From: Mobula hypostoma
Taxonomy: Eukaryota
Direction of reading: 5' to 3'
DNA: 64,000 nucleotides
Assembly (NCBI RefSeq): GCF_963921235.1
Contig: NC_086097.1
Location: 46,626,001 to 46,690,000, forward strand
Made by a program: the position numbers and the translations under genes. How positions within the stretch are numbered: position 1 is the first letter of the stretch; every line of letters starts with the position of its first letter. Shown piece by piece: positions 61,141 to 64,000 of this stretch. A model generated the notes under the pieces. It did no database searches and was not told the DNA's origin. It saw nothing but the letters and a program-made list of their open reading frames with translations.

Positions 61141-63475
61141 TCTCTTTCTTTTCTTTTTTTATTAAATTTCATATACACACATACAGAGTTCATAAGGATA
61201 CTTCTTATAAATCAAAATAAGGTAGCACAAAATGCACTATATATAAATCACACTGATACAATCACGGTATCCCATATTCATAATCAAATAAAATAAATTG
61301 AATAATGAAATACAATAATATGGTTAATTATATTATTTAAAAAATCTACACTCACTACCAAGACAAAGCCGTTTGGTAAAAAAAGCAAAAGAAAAAAAAG
61401 AGTACCATATAGTGTTTTATAATAATAGCTCAGATCTATGTTTTAATAACAATAACAATTCAAAGATTTTCAAAATAGTTCAAAAAGGGTCCCCATACCA
61501 TTTGAAAATCTTGATTCGAATCAGAAATCGAACAAAGAATCTTCTCTAAATTTAAACATGACATAACATCGCATAACCATTGAGCATGTGTAGGGGGGCA
61601 ACCTCCTTCCATTTAAGCAAAATCGCCCTCCTAGCCATAAGAGAAATAAAAGCCAGCACCCGCAAATGAGAAGGCTCCAAAATTATAGCTCTTTCCTCAA
61701 CAATACCAAATAAGGCAGTCAAAGGATTGGGCTTAAAGTTAACTTTAAAAAGTACAGAAAAGGTTTGGAATACATCTTTCCAATATTTTCAAGGCTCAAA
61801 TATGACCAAAACATATGAATTAATGAAGCCTCTCCATTATTACATCTGTCACAATAAGGAGATATATCTGCAAAAAAATAAGAGAGCTTGTCTTTAGACA
61901 TATGAAACCTATGTACCACTTTAAATTGTAGGAGGGAATGACAAGCACATAATGACGAAGAATTAACCATTTTGAAAATAGCCCTCCAGGTCTCATCAGG
62001 TAATGAAGTCTGTAAATCCTTTTCCCAATCTTTTTTAGTTTTGTCTAAAGGAGCCATTCTCAGTCCCAACAACAGGCCATAAATATAAGATATTGAGCCA
62101 TTATCAAAAGGTTTCAAATTAAAAATTACATCTATTATGTTCTTATCCGGGCTGGTAGGAAATATATGTAGTTTAGATCTTAAAAAATCTCTAATCTGTA
62201 GGTATCAAAAAAAGTCGGCATTTGATAGGTTATATTTCATTGAGAGCTGCTCAGAAGAAGAAAGGATCCCTCCAACAAACAGATCCTGAAATCGTTTAAT
62301 GCCTAATCTATCCCAATCTCTAAACAACAGATCATTTTTTAAAAAATAGATTGTTTAAAAAAGAATTAGAAAAAATAGGACTAGAAAGGGAAAATCTCAA
62401 TAAACCGAAATGTTTTCTAAACTGTAGCCAGAACCTCAAAGTGTGTTTAACCACCAAACTCTCAGTTAATTTATTTAAAGATAAAGGAAGAGAGGATCCA
62501 AGAAGAGAAATAATAGAAAATTTCATTAACAGAGTTGGCTTCCAAAAAGACCCATATTGGAGAATCCTCACAATTAACATAATATAACCAGAATGTAAGA
62601 TCCGTATGTTAATTGCCCAATAATATAACCTAAAATTGGGTAGAGCAAGGCCTCCATTCTTTTTAATTTTTTGAAGGTGGGCTTTATTTAATCAGGGTTT
62701 TCTCTTCTTCCATATATAGGAAGAAAGAATCGAATCTAAAGAATCAAAAAAAGACAGGAATAAAAACAGGTACGGTTTGAAAAATGTATATAAATTTAGG
62801 TAAAATATTCATTTTAATAGAATTAATTCAACCAATCAATGATAAAGAGAGAGGCGACCAATTAGAAAGTGTCTTTTTCACATAATTCATTAAGGTTAGA
62901 AAATTTTCTTTGAATAGATCTTTATCATTCTTAGTGATTGTTACACCCAAATATGTAAGTTGTTTTCTTACAATTTTAAAAGGAAGGTTAATATCGGTTG
63001 GTATCAAATTATTTAAAGGAAACAATTCACTCTTATGTAAATTCAATTTATATCCTGAAAACTGACTAAGATTAGTCAGTAAAAGAAACATAGAGGGTAT
63101 AGAAGTTGTAACATTAAATATAAAAAGCAATAGGATATCAGCATAAAGCGAGACTTTATGAATAGTACCTTTCCTTAAGATACCGGTGATATCTTTAGAC
63201 TCTCGAAAGGCAATTGCTAAAGGTTTTAATACCAAATCAAAAAGCAAAGGGCTCAACGGATATCCTTGTCTGGTTCCACAGTTTAATTGGTTTAGAATTC
63301 TGGAAGTTTAATTGGTTTAGAATTCTGGAAGTTATTAAGGACCCAAGCGGAAGGAGATAAGTAAAGTAATTTAATCCAATGAATAAAATTGGGCCCAAAA
63401 TCAAATTTTTCTAAGGTTTTAAATAGGTAATTCCATTCAACTCAGTCAAAAACCTTCTCCACATCCAGAGAAAGA
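61141..63475 (-). mobile_element. 5'-truncated L1-clade LINE, second subfamily
   Basis: T-rich tail at 61141-61163; SPLLFDLVL, VSLYAD, SGYKLNLHKSEL, CDRC...HMFWS. Confidence 0.92.
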
Positions 63476-63479
63476 TTTT

Positions 63480-63940
63480 TTTTTTAAATGGATCTTCCTG
63501 GTTCATCCACAGTTTCTGCTTTGGAAACACCTGGATTGTCCTCTTTGCTACACAGTCCTCAGTACACTTGCTGATAGAATCTGTGATTGTTGAGACATAA
63601 CTTGAGAAGATTATCTAACTTCCCTTTCTTTATTTCTTTAATTCTTGTTCAATGGTTCTTCATTGCTTTTTTTCAAATTTTCCAAATCTTCCAATTTCCC
63701 ACAACTCTTGGTGACTTTGTACGCATGAGCTCTTAGTTTGATACCTTCCTTTGTTTAAGCCTGGCTCTCCCATCTTTACTGTCCTTTGAACTGGAATATA
63801 TTTTTGTTGAGCACTGTGAAAATTTTCTTTGAATATCTTCCACTGTTCCACAATTGTTCTACAATATTCTGGCATGGACTAGAAGGGCCAGGCTGACCTG
63901 TTTCCAAGCTGTAATTGTTATATGGTTATATGGTTATAGC
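63480..63940. mobile_element. CR1 scraps: minus-strand ORF2 fragments, then a plus-strand 3' end with (ATATGGTT)n tail
   Basis: VEQWKIFKENFHSAQQKYIP; ggcatggactagaagggcc...ttatatggttatatggtt. Confidence 0.65.
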
Positions 63941-64000
63941 CTCCTTATGGAATGGACATTTTTTCTGGTCGCAGTATTACATAACAGGCAGAGTCAACGT

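Noticed and set aside
63280..63334. 25-bp tandem duplication in L1 (also a 22-bp one near 3308-3351)
   Set aside because: Ordinary slippage duplications inside dead elements
775..63940. Minus-strand excess of CR1 copies as evidence for a plus-strand host intron
   Set aside because: About 10 versus 5 by my count, non-independent nested copies, and other LINEs show no such bias

Overview
Eukaryotic, CpG-depleted, repeat-saturated genomic DNA. The repeat families (CR1 with 7-8-mer tails, Rex1/Babar, L1, HE1-like V-SINE, Penelope pLTRs) point to a cartilaginous fish, probably a ray (inference). I found no host protein-coding exon I can support; all recognisable long ORFs are broken transposon genes, so the window looks intronic or intergenic. 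Most of it is three decayed K02A2.6-like Gypsy elements (about 8.1-25.2 kb minus, 38.6-43.6 kb minus, 47.6-61.1 kb plus) that acted as landing pads for nested insertions: CR1, Rex1, L1, a second Gypsy family and its solo LTRs, a chromovirus, a hAT MITE and non-autonomous retroposons, many with readable target-site duplications (TSDs). Most interesting signals: (1) Penelope-derived inverted-repeat insertions carrying minimal hammerhead ribozyme motifs, with fold-back junctions at or near the ribozyme; (2) a decayed two-gene Harbinger transposon largely missed by the ORF track; (3) ORF-less retroposons, one with a YY1-box head and Rex1-type tail and two built from RTE parts; (4) a strong CTCF-like site in a TE-poor block. 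Family names come from motif recognition, not database searches. Boundaries without a TSD are approximate.
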